Assembly: GCA_965209055.1 (NCBI GenBank)
Contig: OZ242374.1
Span: 5,728,001 to 5,792,000, forward strand
DNA from: Acidobacteriota bacterium
Lineage (GTDB): Bacteria > Acidobacteriota > UBA6911 > RPQK01 > JAJDTT01
Length of the DNA stretch: 64,000 nt
Direction of reading: 5' to 3'
The stretch's first letter is position 1. The number at the start of each line of letters is the position of its first letter. The notes below the pieces were generated by a model. The model searched no databases and was not told the DNA's origin. It was given only the letters and a program-made list of their open reading frames with translations. Position numbers and translations under genes: made by a program. This document shows positions 19,750 through 32,400 of this stretch, in pieces.

Positions 19750-22700
19750 ATCTCACGCGTTTCGCCATCTCCAACGACCGTCTCACCGCCGTCATTCTCC
19801 TGGCGACTCTGCTGGGCGGCGTCATCGCCATCCGGACCATGGAGCAAACCATGGACCCCGGCTTCACGATCCGCACCTGCCAGATCGTGACCGGTTTTCC
19901 AGGCGCAAACCCGGAACGCGTCGAGGATCTGGTCACGGACCAGATCGAGAAGGCGGTCCAGGAGATCCCCGAGATCGACTTCGTGAGCAGCACCTCGAAG
20001 ACCGGAATTTCCATCGTTTCCGTGAATATCCGAAACGAGTTCAACGACATGCGTCCGATTTGGGACAACGTGCGGCGCAAGGTGGAAGCGGTCGCCCGCC
20101 ACCTCCCCGAGGGCGCGTCTCAGCCGCAGGTGAACGACGAGTTCGGCGCCGTCTACGGAACGATCGTGGCCGTGACGGGAGACGGATTCGACTACCGCGA
20201 ACTGAAGGACGTGGCGCAGCAACTGCGGGACGCGCTGCTAAGGCTCGCCAACGCCGGCCGCGTGGACATCGTGGGGATGCAGGACGAGCGCATCTTCGTC
20301 ACGTACAACGACGTCCGGCTGGCCGAGCTGCAGCTCTCCGTAAGCCAGATCAGCCAGATTCTCGAGTCCCGCAACATCCTGATCTCCGGCGGAAGCATCG
20401 TGGAAGGGCGGGAGCGTTTCGAGTTGGAGCCGTCGGGGAGCTTCGAAACGGTGGAGCAATTGAAGCGGACCGTTATCAGCGCACCCGACCAACCGGAGTT
20501 CCTGCACCTGGAGGACATCGCGGAGGTGACTCGCGGCTACGTCGATCCCCCCGAGAGCATGGTGCGAGCCAACGGACGACCGGCCCTGGCCGTGGCGGTC
20601 TCGGTTCGAGAGGGCGGCAATGTCGTCGCGCTCGGAAAGGAATTGCGGGAAGCGCTCGACCGGCTGCGGGGCCGGTATCCGCTCGGGATCGATCTGGACA
20701 TCGTGGCCTTCGAGCCGGTCCGTGTCGAGAACAAGGTCAACGATTTCGCCATCAGCGTCCTGCAGGCCGTCGTCATCGTGCTGGGTTGCATGCTGCTCAT
20801 GCTCGGCCTGCGCACCGGTCTGGTGGTCGCGGCCCTGGTGCCCTGCGCCCTCCTGACCAGCCTCCTCGTGATGGCGTGGTTGGACCTGGGACTGAACCAG
20901 ATGACGCTGGCCTCGTTGATCATCGCCTTGGGCATGCTGGTGGACAATGCCATCGTCATGAGCGAATCCATCATGGTCGCCATGTCCCACGGAACTCCGC
21001 GCGTGCAGGCTGCCGTCCAGTCCGCCAAGGAGCTGCGCGTTCCATTGCTGACCTCTTCGCTGACGACCTCGGCCGCGTTTTTGCCGATCTATCTCGCAGA
21101 AGGCAGCATGGGCGAGTACACTGGGGTCCTATTCGTCGTCGTCACCATCGCGCTCCTCAGTTCCTGGCTGCTGGCGTTGACGGTCGTCCCCCTCCTGTGC
21201 TCCCGGTTCCTGCGCGTTCCCGCCGCCGAGCGCGGACATGAATACGCGAGTCTCTTCTATCGAGCTTACCGGGTTCTCCTGCTGGCCATGGTAAGAATCC
21301 CCCTTCTATCTACGGCTGTCGCCGTGGTCGTTTTCGTGGTCTCGCTCTGGGGATTCTCAAGGGTTCCCAAAGTGTTCTTCCCCGGCGACGACACGCCGAT
21401 GATGACGGCGGAGTTCAAGGCGCCCATCGGCACCTCCATCGAGGAGACCCGGCGGTTTGCCGAGGAATTCGACAACTATGTCCGGGAAGAACTTGCCGGC
21501 AACCCGGAACGTCCCGACGGAGTGGTCTCCTGGTCCACCTACGTCGGTCAGGGAGCGCCCCGCTTCACGCTCACCTATGGACCCGAACCACCGAGCCCGG
21601 AGTACGCCTACGGCCTCTTCAATCTCACGGCGGCGAATGTCCTTCCCGAGTTGGCGCGGAAGATCGAGCGATTCTGCGAAGACCGGCATCCTTCCTTCAT
21701 TCCGTCGGTCGGCCCGCTCTCCCTCGGATCCGTGATCCGGAACCCGGTGGAGATCCGGATCTCCGGCAACGACCGGGATCAGGTGTTCGCGATTGCGGAC
21801 GACGTCAAGAGCCGTCTTCGCTCCATCGAAGGGACCCGGAACGTGGACGACGACTGGGGTGAGATGACCAAGAAGTTGACCGTCGATGTCGATGCCGCTC
21901 GAGCGAAGCGCAACGGCGTCACCCATCAGGACATCGCGGTCTCGCTGAGGTCGATTCTGAGCGGGTACAAGGCGACCGAGTATCGCGAAGGATCCGAGAT
22001 CATCCCGGTGACGATTCGGTCCGTGGCGGCCGGCCGGCAGGACATCTCGAAACTGGAGAGCCTGAACGTCTTCTCCCAGAGCCGGGGCACGTCCGTGCCC
22101 TTGATGCAGGTGGCCGATCTGGCGCTCGGCTGGCAGCCGGCCAAGGTTCTGCGCCGGAACCGGCTGACCACCGTCACCGTATCGAGTGAACTGGAAGGCG
22201 GCGCCACCGCAGCCGAGGTCACCCGGCAGATCGGCGAGTGGCTGGAGGAAACGTCGCCGTCCTGGGCTGCCGGGATCTTCTACGAAATCGGAGGCGAAGT
22301 GGAGGAGTCCGCGCGCAGCGAGGGAGCGATCGTTGCCAAGCTTCCCTATGCGGCATTGCTGATCATCATCTTGCTGGTGGCGCAGTTCAATTCGATTCGC
22401 CGGTCTCTGATCGTCCTGCTGACGATTCCTCTTGCACTGGTGGGAACCGTGATCGGCCTGCTCGTGACGGCAGCCGATTTTGGATTCATGACCCTGCTCG
22501 GGCTTATCTCCCTGGCCGGCATCGTGATCAACAATGCGATCGTCCTGCTCGACCGGATCAGAATCGAGATCCGGGAGAAAGGCCGCACCCCCGCGCATGC
22601 CGTGATCGAGGCGTCCCAGCGCCGGTTGCGGCCCATCCTGCTGACCACCGTCACCACCATCGGCGGACTCTTGCCACTCTGGTTCGGAGGCGGCCCCATG

Positions 22701-22859
22701 TGGGAGACCATGGCAATCGCAGTGATCTTCGGCCTGGCGTTCGCGACGATTCTCACCCTGGGCGTGGTGCCGGTGCTCTACGCGCTCCTGTTTCGGGTGA
22801 AGTTCAAAGGTTTCCGCTACGAATCGGCGGTGGCGCGCACGGCGTCCCCCGAGGACTGA
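19746..22859 (+). CDS. RND efflux transporter permease (AcrB/AcrD/AcrF family)
   Basis: 1037 aa; GMLVDNAIV, GIVINNAIVL, RLRPILLTT. Confidence 0.95.
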   Translation: MNLTRFAISNDRLTAVILLATLLGGVIAIRTMEQTMDPGFTIRTCQIVTGFPGANPERVEDLVTDQIEKAVQEIPEIDFVSSTSKTGISIVSVNIRNEFNDMRPIWDNVRRKVEAVARHLPEGASQPQVNDEFGAVYGTIVAVTGDGFDYRELKDVAQQLRDALLRLANAGRVDIVGMQDERIFVTYNDVRLAELQLSVSQISQILESRNILISGGSIVEGRERFELEPSGSFETVEQLKRTVISAPDQPEFLHLEDIAEVTRGYVDPPESMVRANGRPALAVAVSVREGGNVVALGKELREALDRLRGRYPLGIDLDIVAFEPVRVENKVNDFAISVLQAVVIVLGCMLLMLGLRTGLVVAALVPCALLTSLLVMAWLDLGLNQMTLASLIIALGMLVDNAIVMSESIMVAMSHGTPRVQAAVQSAKELRVPLLTSSLTTSAAFLPIYLAEGSMGEYTGVLFVVVTIALLSSWLLALTVVPLLCSRFLRVPAAERGHEYASLFYRAYRVLLLAMVRIPLLSTAVAVVVFVVSLWGFSRVPKVFFPGDDTPMMTAEFKAPIGTSIEETRRFAEEFDNYVREELAGNPERPDGVVSWSTYVGQGAPRFTLTYGPEPPSPEYAYGLFNLTAANVLPELARKIERFCEDRHPSFIPSVGPLSLGSVIRNPVEIRISGNDRDQVFAIADDVKSRLRSIEGTRNVDDDWGEMTKKLTVDVDAARAKRNGVTHQDIAVSLRSILSGYKATEYREGSEIIPVTIRSVAAGRQDISKLESLNVFSQSRGTSVPLMQVADLALGWQPAKVLRRNRLTTVTVSSELEGGATAAEVTRQIGEWLEETSPSWAAGIFYEIGGEVEESARSEGAIVAKLPYAALLIIILLVAQFNSIRRSLIVLLTIPLALVGTVIGLLVTAADFGFMTLLGLISLAGIVINNAIVLLDRIRIEIREKGRTPAHAVIEASQRRLRPILLTTVTTIGGLLPLWFGGGPMWETMAIAVIFGLAFATILTLGVVPVLYALLFRVKFKGFRYESAVARTASPED

Positions 22860-23006
22860 GGACGCCGGAGTCGAGGCCGGCGCGGCCTCTGCTCCCATCT
22901 CGCGGAGAGCATCTTTCTCCGGGCAACTACGGGATCACCGGCCGCGATCCGCTGTCTGCCGGAATCTCCGGGCGGGTGAGGCATCGAACGATCCGTCCTG
23001 GAGAAT

Positions 23007-23080
23007 TGGCTGGGGGACAGGGATTCGAACCCCGATAACGTGGTCCAGAGCCACGCGTGTTGCCGTTACACCATCCCCCA
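23007..23080 (-). tRNA. tRNA-Gln (CTG)
   Basis: Minus strand TGGGGGATGGTGTAACGGCAACACGCGTGG-CTCTGGA-CCACGTTATCGGGGTTCGAATCCCTGTCCCCCAGCCA: cloverleaf, TTCGAAT T-loop, encoded CCA. Confidence 0.96.
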
Positions 23081-23102
23081 TCCGGTGGGCCGAACGGAGC
23101 GC

Positions 23103-23111
23103 ATTATAGCA
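23103..23111 (-). promoter_or_regulatory. Extended -10 promoter of tRNA-Gln
   Basis: Minus strand TGC-TATAAT followed by a GC-rich discriminator, 22 nt upstream of the tRNA. Confidence 0.7.
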
Positions 23112-23168
23112 AAACGGCTCCGCTCTGTCGGTCCCCGGCGGACCGCGTCGAGGGGTTCGGAGTCGGAG

Positions 23169-23573
23169 TTATTCCACCAGTTGCAGCCGCGTGGAAGCCT
23201 GATCCAAAAGGATGAGGGCGGCCTGGTAGTCGGTCCCGGGATCCCGGGAGCGGAGCATCTCCTCGGCCTTTTCCTTGTCCGCCCGGGCCTGGGAGGCGTC
23301 GATCTCTTGGGGGGACGCCACCTGCTCGGCCAGGACGATCACCCGGTCGGGAAGGACTTCGGCAAAGCCGGAGCTGCAGAACAGTTGGACGCGGTCTTCA
23401 CCCTCGGGGTAGGAGATGACGCCCGTCTTCAACTCGGAAAGGAGCGGCGCGTGGCCGGGAAGGATGCCCAGGTACCCTTCCGCCCCCGGAATGGTGACCT
23501 CGCCCACTTCGCCGCTGAAGACCAGCCGGTCCGGCGCCACGATCTCCAACTGAAGGGCCTCGGGTAGCGCCAC
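23169..23573 (-). CDS. atpC: ATP synthase F1 epsilon subunit
   Basis: LEIVAPDR, GYLGILPGHAPL, SGFAEV; last gene of the operon. Confidence 0.95.
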   Translation of the reverse strand: MALPEALQLEIVAPDRLVFSGEVGEVTIPGAEGYLGILPGHAPLLSELKTGVISYPEGEDRVQLFCSSGFAEVLPDRVIVLAEQVASPQEIDASQARADKEKAEEMLRSRDPGTDYQAALILLDQASTRLQLVE

Positions 23574-23575
23574 GA

Positions 23576-25024
<1,449 letters not shown>

Positions 25025-25903
25025 TCACCCTTCCAGGGCGTCCGCTCCGCTGACGATCTCGATGATCTCCGTGGTGATGGAAGCCTGCCGGATACGGTTC
25101 ATGGTCAGGGTCAACTTGTCGATCATCTCCTTGGCGTTCCTGGTGGCGGCGTCCATGGCCGTCATTCGAGCTCCGTGTTCGGCCGCCTCCGACTCCAGCA
25201 TTGCCCGGAAGATCTGAGTCTCCACGTGCCGCGGAAGCAGAAAGTCCAGCATCTCACGGGGCGGCTGCTCGTAGATGTAGTCGACTCCCAAATCCGCTTC
25301 CTGCTCGGCCTCCTTGATTTCGAGGCGCCGGATCGGCAGCAAAGGCTCCAGGACCACGTCCTGGCGCACCACGGATTTGAACTCGTTGTAAACCAGGTAG
25401 ACGGCATCCAGTTCGCTGGCCGAGAAATAGTCGATGATCCCCTTGCCGATCTCCCGGGCGTAACGGTGATCCACCCGGGTCATGATGTTCACGAACTCGT
25501 GGCGCACGGGCCAGGGCCGGCTCTTGAACCAATCCACACCCCGCCGCCCGACCAGCGTCAGGCTCAGCGTCCGGTTGGCCGCCTCGTCCTCGATGAAGCC
25601 CATGGCAGATCGGATGATGTTGGAATTGAAGGATCCGCAGAGCCCGCGGTCGCCCGTGACGACCACCAGCATCACTCTTTCGCGGTCCCGCTGTGCCAGA
25701 AGCGGGTGCTGGCCGGGATCGATCCGCCGGGCCATGGAATTGAGCACCGAGAGCATCCGGTTGGCGTAGGGCCTGGCCGCCACGATCCGGTCCTGGGCCC
25801 GCTTCAGCTTGGAAGCGGCCACCAGTTTCATGGCCCTGGTGATCTGCTGGATGTTCTTGACCGAGCGAACTCGCCGCCGGAAGTGAATCAGGTTGCCGGG
25901 CAT
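25025..25903 (-). CDS. atpG: ATP synthase F1 gamma subunit
   Basis: QITRAMKLVAASK, DRGLCGSFN, RQASITTEIIEIVSGA. Confidence 0.98.
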   Translation of the reverse strand: MPGNLIHFRRRVRSVKNIQQITRAMKLVAASKLKRAQDRIVAARPYANRMLSVLNSMARRIDPGQHPLLAQRDRERVMLVVVTGDRGLCGSFNSNIIRSAMGFIEDEAANRTLSLTLVGRRGVDWFKSRPWPVRHEFVNIMTRVDHRYAREIGKGIIDYFSASELDAVYLVYNEFKSVVRQDVVLEPLLPIRRLEIKEAEQEADLGVDYIYEQPPREMLDFLLPRHVETQIFRAMLESEAAEHGARMTAMDAATRNAKEMIDKLTLTMNRIRQASITTEIIEIVSGADALEG

Positions 25904-25959
25904 ATTGTTTCAGGCGTCCAGCCGAGACATCGGACTCGGGTCCGGATCGGATCCGGAGG

Positions 25960-27480
25960 TCAGGCCGCTTTCTCGGCCAGAAAACGCTCCTTGAACTCGG
26001 AAATGGCTGCGTTCATCTTCTGGGACAACTCGTCGTCCAGGGCCCCCTTGTCCAGGATCTCCTGCAAGACGCTGGCCTTGTTGGTATCCATGAAGCGGTA
26101 GAGACCGGCTTCGAAGTCGCCGAGATCCGTCACTTCCAAGTCGTCCAAGTGCCCTTGCGTGCCCGCAAATATGATCAGGATTTGTTTCTCCACGGCCAGT
26201 GGCGCGTACTGGGGTTGCTTCAGAAGCTCGGTCAGGCGCACGCCCCGGGCCAATTGCCGCTGCGAAGTCGGATCCAGGTCCGATCCGAACTGGGCAAAAG
26301 CCGCCAGCTCCCGGTACTGCGCCAAATCGAGGCGAAGGGTGCCGGCGATCTGCTTCATGGCCTTCATCTGGGCCGATCCTCCCACCCGGCTCACCGAGAC
26401 CCCCACACTGATGGCGGGACGGACCCCGGAATAGAACAGATCCGTCTCCAGGTAAATCTGGCCATCGGTGATGGAAATGACGTTGGTGGGAATGTAAGCG
26501 GAGATGTCTCCCGCCTGGGTCTCGATCACGGGCAACGCCGTCAGGCTGCCGCCTCCCCGTTCGTCGCTCAGCTTGGCGGCGCGCTCCAACAGGCGGCTGT
26601 GGAGATAGAAGACGTCCCCCGGGAACGCCTCGCGCCCCGGCGGCCGCCTCATGAGCAGGGAAATCTCCCGGTACGAGGCTGCGTGCTTGGACAGGTCGTC
26701 GTAGATGATGAGCGCATGCTGGCCCCGGTCCCGAAAGTATTCGCCGATGGCGCAGCCGGAATAGGGCGACAGATACTGCATGGTGGCTGGATCCGATGAC
26801 GAGGCCGAGATCACCACGCAGCGGTCCATGACGCCCGCATCCTCCAGAGTCTTGACCACCTGGGCCACGGTGGAACGCTTCTGGCCGATGGCCACGTAGA
26901 TGGAGATGACCCCCGAGTCCCGCTGGTTGATGATGGAGTCGATGGCGACGGCGGTCTTTCCCGTCTGACGGTCGCCGATGATCAGCTCCCGCTGTCCGCG
27001 CCCGATGGGGATCATGGAGTCGATGGCCTTCAGCCCGGTCTGCAACGGCTCGGCCACCGGTTGCCGGTCCACGACACCGGGCGCCAGACGCTCGACGGGC
27101 ATGTTGGCGTCGGTGGCGATGGGTCCCTTGCCGTCCTCGGGCCGGCCCAGGGCGTCCACGACCCGCCCCAACATGGCTTGTCCGGCGGGAACCTGCATGA
27201 TGCGGCCGGTCCGCTTCACCTGGTCTCCCTCCTTCACCTGATGAAATTCACCGAACAGCACGGCGCCCACGTTGTCCTCCTCCAGATTGAAGGCCAAGCC
27301 GTAAACGTCGTTGGGAAACTCCACCAGTTCCAGGGCCATGACCTTGTCCAAGCCGTGAACCCGGGCAATTCCGTCACCTGCCGAGAGGACGGTTCCCACC
27401 TCGCTGACCACCAGTCCCGTGTGGTAGTCCTGGATCTGACTTCTAATGATCTGACTGATCTCGTCCGCCTTGATCGCCAT
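25960..27480 (-). CDS. atpA: ATP synthase F1 alpha subunit
   Basis: [29 protein letters not shown]. Confidence 0.99.
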   Translation of the reverse strand: MAIKADEISQIIRSQIQDYHTGLVVSEVGTVLSAGDGIARVHGLDKVMALELVEFPNDVYGLAFNLEEDNVGAVLFGEFHQVKEGDQVKRTGRIMQVPAGQAMLGRVVDALGRPEDGKGPIATDANMPVERLAPGVVDRQPVAEPLQTGLKAIDSMIPIGRGQRELIIGDRQTGKTAVAIDSIINQRDSGVISIYVAIGQKRSTVAQVVKTLEDAGVMDRCVVISASSSDPATMQYLSPYSGCAIGEYFRDRGQHALIIYDDLSKHAASYREISLLMRRPPGREAFPGDVFYLHSRLLERAAKLSDERGGGSLTALPVIETQAGDISAYIPTNVISITDGQIYLETDLFYSGVRPAISVGVSVSRVGGSAQMKAMKQIAGTLRLDLAQYRELAAFAQFGSDLDPTSQRQLARGVRLTELLKQPQYAPLAVEKQILIIFAGTQGHLDDLEVTDLGDFEAGLYRFMDTNKASVLQEILDKGALDDELSQKMNAAISEFKERFLAEKAA

Positions 27481-27567
27481 TTGTCTCTTCCTCTTGACCT
27501 GTCAATTCCGTCGAATCCCGATCCGGGAACGGCAGTCCGGCGCCGTGGCGCCGTTCACTCCAGCCGG

Positions 27568-28107
27568 CTATTCCTGGCCGATCCGCCGCCGGACCTCCTC
27601 CAACTGCGTCCGGATGGAGCCATCGTAGATAACGGATCCGACCTGGATCCTGAGCCCGCCGATGAGGGACTCGTCCTCCTCATAGGAAAGACGAACCCGG
27701 GCCCGTGAAATTTCCGAAAGAACTTCGGTGAGGCGACTCCGAACCTCCGAGTCCAAACCCCTCGCCGAGGTCACCACACCCCGGACGACGCCGGCCCGCT
27801 GGTCCATGGCCTCCGTGTAAGCCTCGACGTACTCGCCGTATTCCCCGATTCGACCGTTCTCAAGCAGCACCAGAATGAAGTTGACCGTGATGCCGACCAG
27901 GGAGAGCCGGCCCGCCAACTCCTCTGTGATCCTGCGCTTGGGAGCGAAGGGAATGGCCGGATTCATCAACGTCTCCACCAACTCGGGTGAAGCCTGCAGA
28001 GCCGCGCCAAACGAGTCCAGGTCTTCCTGGACCCGCGTCTCACGGCCCTCCTGAACGGCCACTTCGGCCAGGGCCCGAGCGTACCTGCGTGCCCGTGACG
28101 AAGCCAT
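27568..28107 (-). CDS. atpH: ATP synthase F1 delta subunit
   Basis: ARRYARAL, SLIGGLRIQVGSVIYDGSI. Confidence 0.95.
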   Translation of the reverse strand: MASSRARRYARALAEVAVQEGRETRVQEDLDSFGAALQASPELVETLMNPAIPFAPKRRITEELAGRLSLVGITVNFILVLLENGRIGEYGEYVEAYTEAMDQRAGVVRGVVTSARGLDSEVRSRLTEVLSEISRARVRLSYEEDESLIGGLRIQVGSVIYDGSIRTQLEEVRRRIGQE

Positions 28108-28128
28108 AGTCGGTTCCTTCCAACTTGC

Positions 28129-28710
28129 TCAGTTTCGGCTGTCGAGGTGCTCGACGGCCCGGCCCACGACCCGGGCGTCCTCTTCAGCCGTCAGCTCCTG
28201 ACTCAACCTCTGCCGGGCCAGGCCCACCGCCAGATCGGCGGCGTGGGACCGGATTTCGTTCCGGGCCACGCGAGTCAGCAACTGGATCTCCGTTTCCGCT
28301 CGCCGGGTCAGGCGGTCCACATCCCGTTGGCTCCGTGCCAACACGCGCTGCCGCTCCAACTCCGATTCCTCGATCGTGGTCTGCCTCATGCCGGCCAGTT
28401 CATCGTCGAGCCCCTCGATCTGCCCCTTGACCGTCGACAGCCGCTCTTCGGCCTCCTGCAAGGCTTGTCCCGCCGAGCTGATATTTTCCTCAATGCCACG
28501 CTTGCGGTCGACCAGAAACTGCCGCAGCGGAGCTCGTAGAAAGTAGACGATGATGCCCACCAGGACGGCGAGATTAAACCACCGGCCGGCGGTCTCGATC
28601 CAGCCCCAGCCGCTCCCTCCCGAGGCAGCGATCATGAGGGGCGCCGCCACCAGCAGCGCCAACCAGAGTCGCCCGTATCGCCGGCGCGAACCCTTTTCCC
28701 CTGTTCCCAT
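28129..28710 (-). CDS. atpF: ATP synthase F0 subunit b
   Basis: TM helix NLAVLVGIIVYF followed by a charged coiled coil; operon position. Start uncertain. Confidence 0.85.
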   Translation of the reverse strand: MGTGEKGSRRRYGRLWLALLVAAPLMIAASGGSGWGWIETAGRWFNLAVLVGIIVYFLRAPLRQFLVDRKRGIEENISSAGQALQEAEERLSTVKGQIEGLDDELAGMRQTTIEESELERQRVLARSQRDVDRLTRRAETEIQLLTRVARNEIRSHAADLAVGLARQRLSQELTAEEDARVVGRAVEHLDSRN

Positions 28711-28905
28711 GGAGGCTTCCGCCTGATCGTTCACGTTTTTTCGGTTCTCATCGGCCGGTAGCGGCTGATCCAACGGCGTTCAGGCGGCAACCGATAGCAT
28801 CCGGCTGTGTCGTCAAGCCTGAATTCCGGACCCGAGCTTGTACTCGGGTTGCTGTTCACCCTCCGGAAATTTCGGGAAAAGAAAACCGGGGAGGGCCGGC
28901 AGCCC

Positions 28906-29328
28906 TCAGGCCCGGTCCAGAATCCTGTCGGCCAGGATTCGCGCGGTCTCCCCGGCTTCGCGACTCAGATGCCGCTTGGCCGAGTCCAGATCCGCTTCGA
29001 TCTCACTCCTCGCGTTCGCCAGCATGGTCTCGGCCCGTTGGCGCGCTTGCGCAACTCGGTTGTTTCCCTCTTTCAGCGCGTCGGCTCGAACCGATTCCGC
29101 CAGCTTGTATCCCGCCTGCCTCTCCTCTGCCAGCTTCTGTTGGTATTCTTCGTGGAGAATCTGATGTTCATCCAGAATCTCCTGGACTCGACCGCTCACC
29201 TGGGTTGTCCGGGCCTGCCGTTCGGCCAGGACCTCGAAAAGGGGGCGAAAGAGCACCCGGTTGAGAATGAAAAGAGTGGTTAAAAATATGGCCGCCGCAA
29301 CCGGCAGCGTCCAATCTGGTGTCAGCAA
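28906..29328 (-). CDS. ATP synthase F0 subunit b'
   Basis: PDWTL...ILNRVLFRPL...ER then coiled coil; probable TTG start at 29328 with GGGAG RBS. Confidence 0.85.
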   Translation of the reverse strand: MLTPDWTLPVAAAIFLTTLFILNRVLFRPLFEVLAERQARTTQVSGRVQEILDEHQILHEEYQQKLAEERQAGYKLAESVRADALKEGNNRVAQARQRAETMLANARSEIEADLDSAKRHLSREAGETARILADRILDRA

Positions 29329-29448
29329 GGTTCTCCCACTCCCGTCTCTAGACGGGGCATCTTCTAACATGATCGTCCGACGCAGGTCAAGGAATCCGGG
29401 GCGAGCCCTCGCCAGCCAGTCGGCCCACGAGGAGGATGGTTACGGCAA

Positions 29449-32400
29449 ATGATCGCGCGTTTTATCCCGGTTGTCGTTCTCCTGTTTTCCTTTCCGGGAC
29501 TGGCCCAGAACCGGGCGACCACCGCCGAGATCACGGGCCTGCTCGAAGATACGACCGGCGGCGTCCTGCCCGGCGCCACCGTGACCGCCGTCAGTCCGGA
29601 CAACGGCCTGACCCGCGCCGCCGTCTCCGGCCCCATGGGGTCCTACAGCATCATGCTGTTGCCGCCCGGCCGGTATGACATCCGCGCTGAGCTACCCGGA
29701 TTCCGCGCCGTGCGTCTCGACGACGTGACGATCACCGTGGGCGCCCGCCGGACCATCAGTTTCACCCTCGCTCCTGCCGGTGTCGCGGAGGATGTCACGG
29801 TGACCGCAAGGACCTCCGCCGTCGAAACCACTACGGACACGTCCGACGTGACGCTCGACCGCCAGGCCATCGCGAACCTGCCCATCAACGGCCGGCGCTT
29901 CCACGATTTCGTCTCCCTGACTCCGACCGCCCAGGTCGAACCGCAGCGCGGCCAGATCTCGCTGGCGGGACAACGCGGCATCAACGGCAATGTCAGCATC
30001 GACGGCGCCGACTACAACCAGCCGTTCTTCGGCGGCATCCGGGGCGGAGAACGTTCGCAGTTCACGTTTACGATTCCCCAGGAGGCGATCCGCGAGTTCC
30101 GGGTGGTCAAGGCCGGCTACTCGCCCGAGTTCGGCCGGTCGACCGGCGGGCTCGTCAACGCCATTACCGAGTCGGGCACGAACGCAACCCACGGGTTGGC
30201 CTTCTATCTCCTGCGGCCCGAGCAACTCGCGTTGCAAAACGCGTTCGGCCAGGACGCGGCGCCGACGCAGCACCAGTTCGGCGGCTCCCTGGGCGGCCCG
30301 CTTGTCCGAGACCGGGCGTTCTATTTCGTCGCCTACGAACAGCAGGAGTTCAAGGCGGGGCGCGAGGTGCGTTTCACCCGGCTCTCCGGCTTCTCGCCCA
30401 CGGCGGCCAGCCGCGAAGGGTATGACCACTATCGTGGCCTCGAGACGCCTTTCGACGTGACCAACGACGCCAAAGCCTGGCTGGCCCGGTTCGACTTCGA
30501 CCTGGCGCGCGGGAATCGCTTCAACGTCCGCTACAACGGCAGCACGAACCGGGCGCTCAATTCAGACGGCGTCGGGGGCGTCATCGTTCCGACCACCCAC
30601 CGCTCGCTCGAAACCAACGGCACGGAGGAGAATTCGACGCAGACTGCGGTCGGCCAGTTCACCGGCGCGCCGTCATCCAACCTCCTCTTCGAACTGCGCG
30701 GGCAATATTCGCGGGAGGACCGGCCGCGCTCGGCCAATGCCCTCAAACCGCTCGTCGATCTGTCGCTCGGGGAATTCGGCACCCGCAGTTTCCGCCCCAC
30801 GACGCAGTACGACTGGCGTGCGCAGGCAGGCGGCAACGTGACGTGGCTCGCCGGCTCGCACGGGGTGAAGGCAGGATTCGACGTCAACCACGTCTTCATC
30901 GACCAGATATTCGGCTTCTTCCAGAACGGCGGCTATCTCGTCTTCGGCTCGGACGTCGAGACCACACTGGACATCATCGGCGTCGGCGGCGCCATCCCCA
31001 ACCGATTCGACTCGCGCTCATTGATCTACGTTCAGCAGATCGGAAACCTGAAAACCTCGTTCGCGACCGACGAGGTCGGACTCTTCGTGCAGGACGAGTG
31101 GCGCGTGGCGCCCACACTGACGGTCAACTACGGACTTCGCTGGGACGCACAACTCAATCCGGCCCCCGACGCCGACAACCGGATCCTGCTCGATCAACTG
31201 GGCGGCGTCAGGTTCCCCATCGACCGCACCGTCGACCCGTCGACGATCCCGAGCAGCCGTCAGCAGTTCGGTCCCCGGGCCGGCTTCGCGTGGGACCCCA
31301 CCGGCGGCGCGAAGACTGTGGTTCGGGGGTTCACCGGCATCTACTACGCGCGGACCCCGTTGCTGCTCCTGTCCGGTCCGGTGAACAACTTCCGCGTGCC
31401 GCCGGGTGACGTGACGGTGGCCCTGCCGTTTCGCGTCCCTCCGGGGAATCCGAATGACACCCTGTACGAGCAGATGAATCTGATCGGGATCGACCTCAAC
31501 GAGCGGACCCTCGACAACCTGCCGACGCTCACCCCGGACCAGATGTCGGCCATCGCCACCGCGCTCGGAATCGAGAACAACCCGTTCGCCGGCGCCCGCC
31601 TCACCCTGATGGACCGGGACTTCAGGAACCCCATGGCGAGGCAGCTTGGCGCCGGCGTCGAGCACGAGATCAGTCCCGGCTGGTCGCTGGGCGCCGACCT
31701 GCTCGTCGTCGACACGATTCACCTGCAACGCAACCGGGACCTCAACGTGCCGTTGCCGGCCGTGAGGCGCGACGATCCGGCGCAACGTCCATTCTTCGGC
31801 CTGCGGAGCGGAACGGCGCGGCCGGTGCCGGGACTCGACAGCGTGACGGTCCGCGAGTCGACGGCGTCGGCGCTTTACCGCGCGCTGACGGTCCGCTCGG
31901 AGATCCGCCGCTCCTGGGGACAATTCAGCGCCTACTACGTGTTGTCCAAAAACGAGTCCAACGACGACAACGAACGGTCGGCGAGCGGAGTGTCCTACGA
32001 GAACGGATACGACCTGGCCTCGGAGTACGGTCCCAGCAGACTCGACCGCCGACACCAGGTCCACGTGACGGGCGTGGTCATGCTGCCCGGAGACGTCGAT
32101 ATCTCGACCGGAATGTACATCTTCTCAGGCGCGCCGTTCGACGCTCGAATGGGCACCGATTCGAACGAGGACCGGGGCGGCGCCGACCGTCCCTACAGCG
32201 CGCCCGGCGTGCCGTTCACCAGAAACGCGTTCCGCGACGTGCCCGTTGCCGACATCAACCTGAGGGTGCAGAAGCGGTTCTCGACCGGCGCGGAACGGCA
32301 AGCGGTGGTTTCGCTGGAATTCTTCAACCTCTTCAACCGCGACAATGTCACGCTCCGCCAGGGTTTCTCCACCGTCGCCAACTATTGCGCCAGTTCGCGC

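Noticed and set aside
1-23080. Accessory region next to the tRNA-Gln 3' end as an integrative island
   Set aside because: No integrase and no duplicated tRNA 3' end (att site) were seen in the window.
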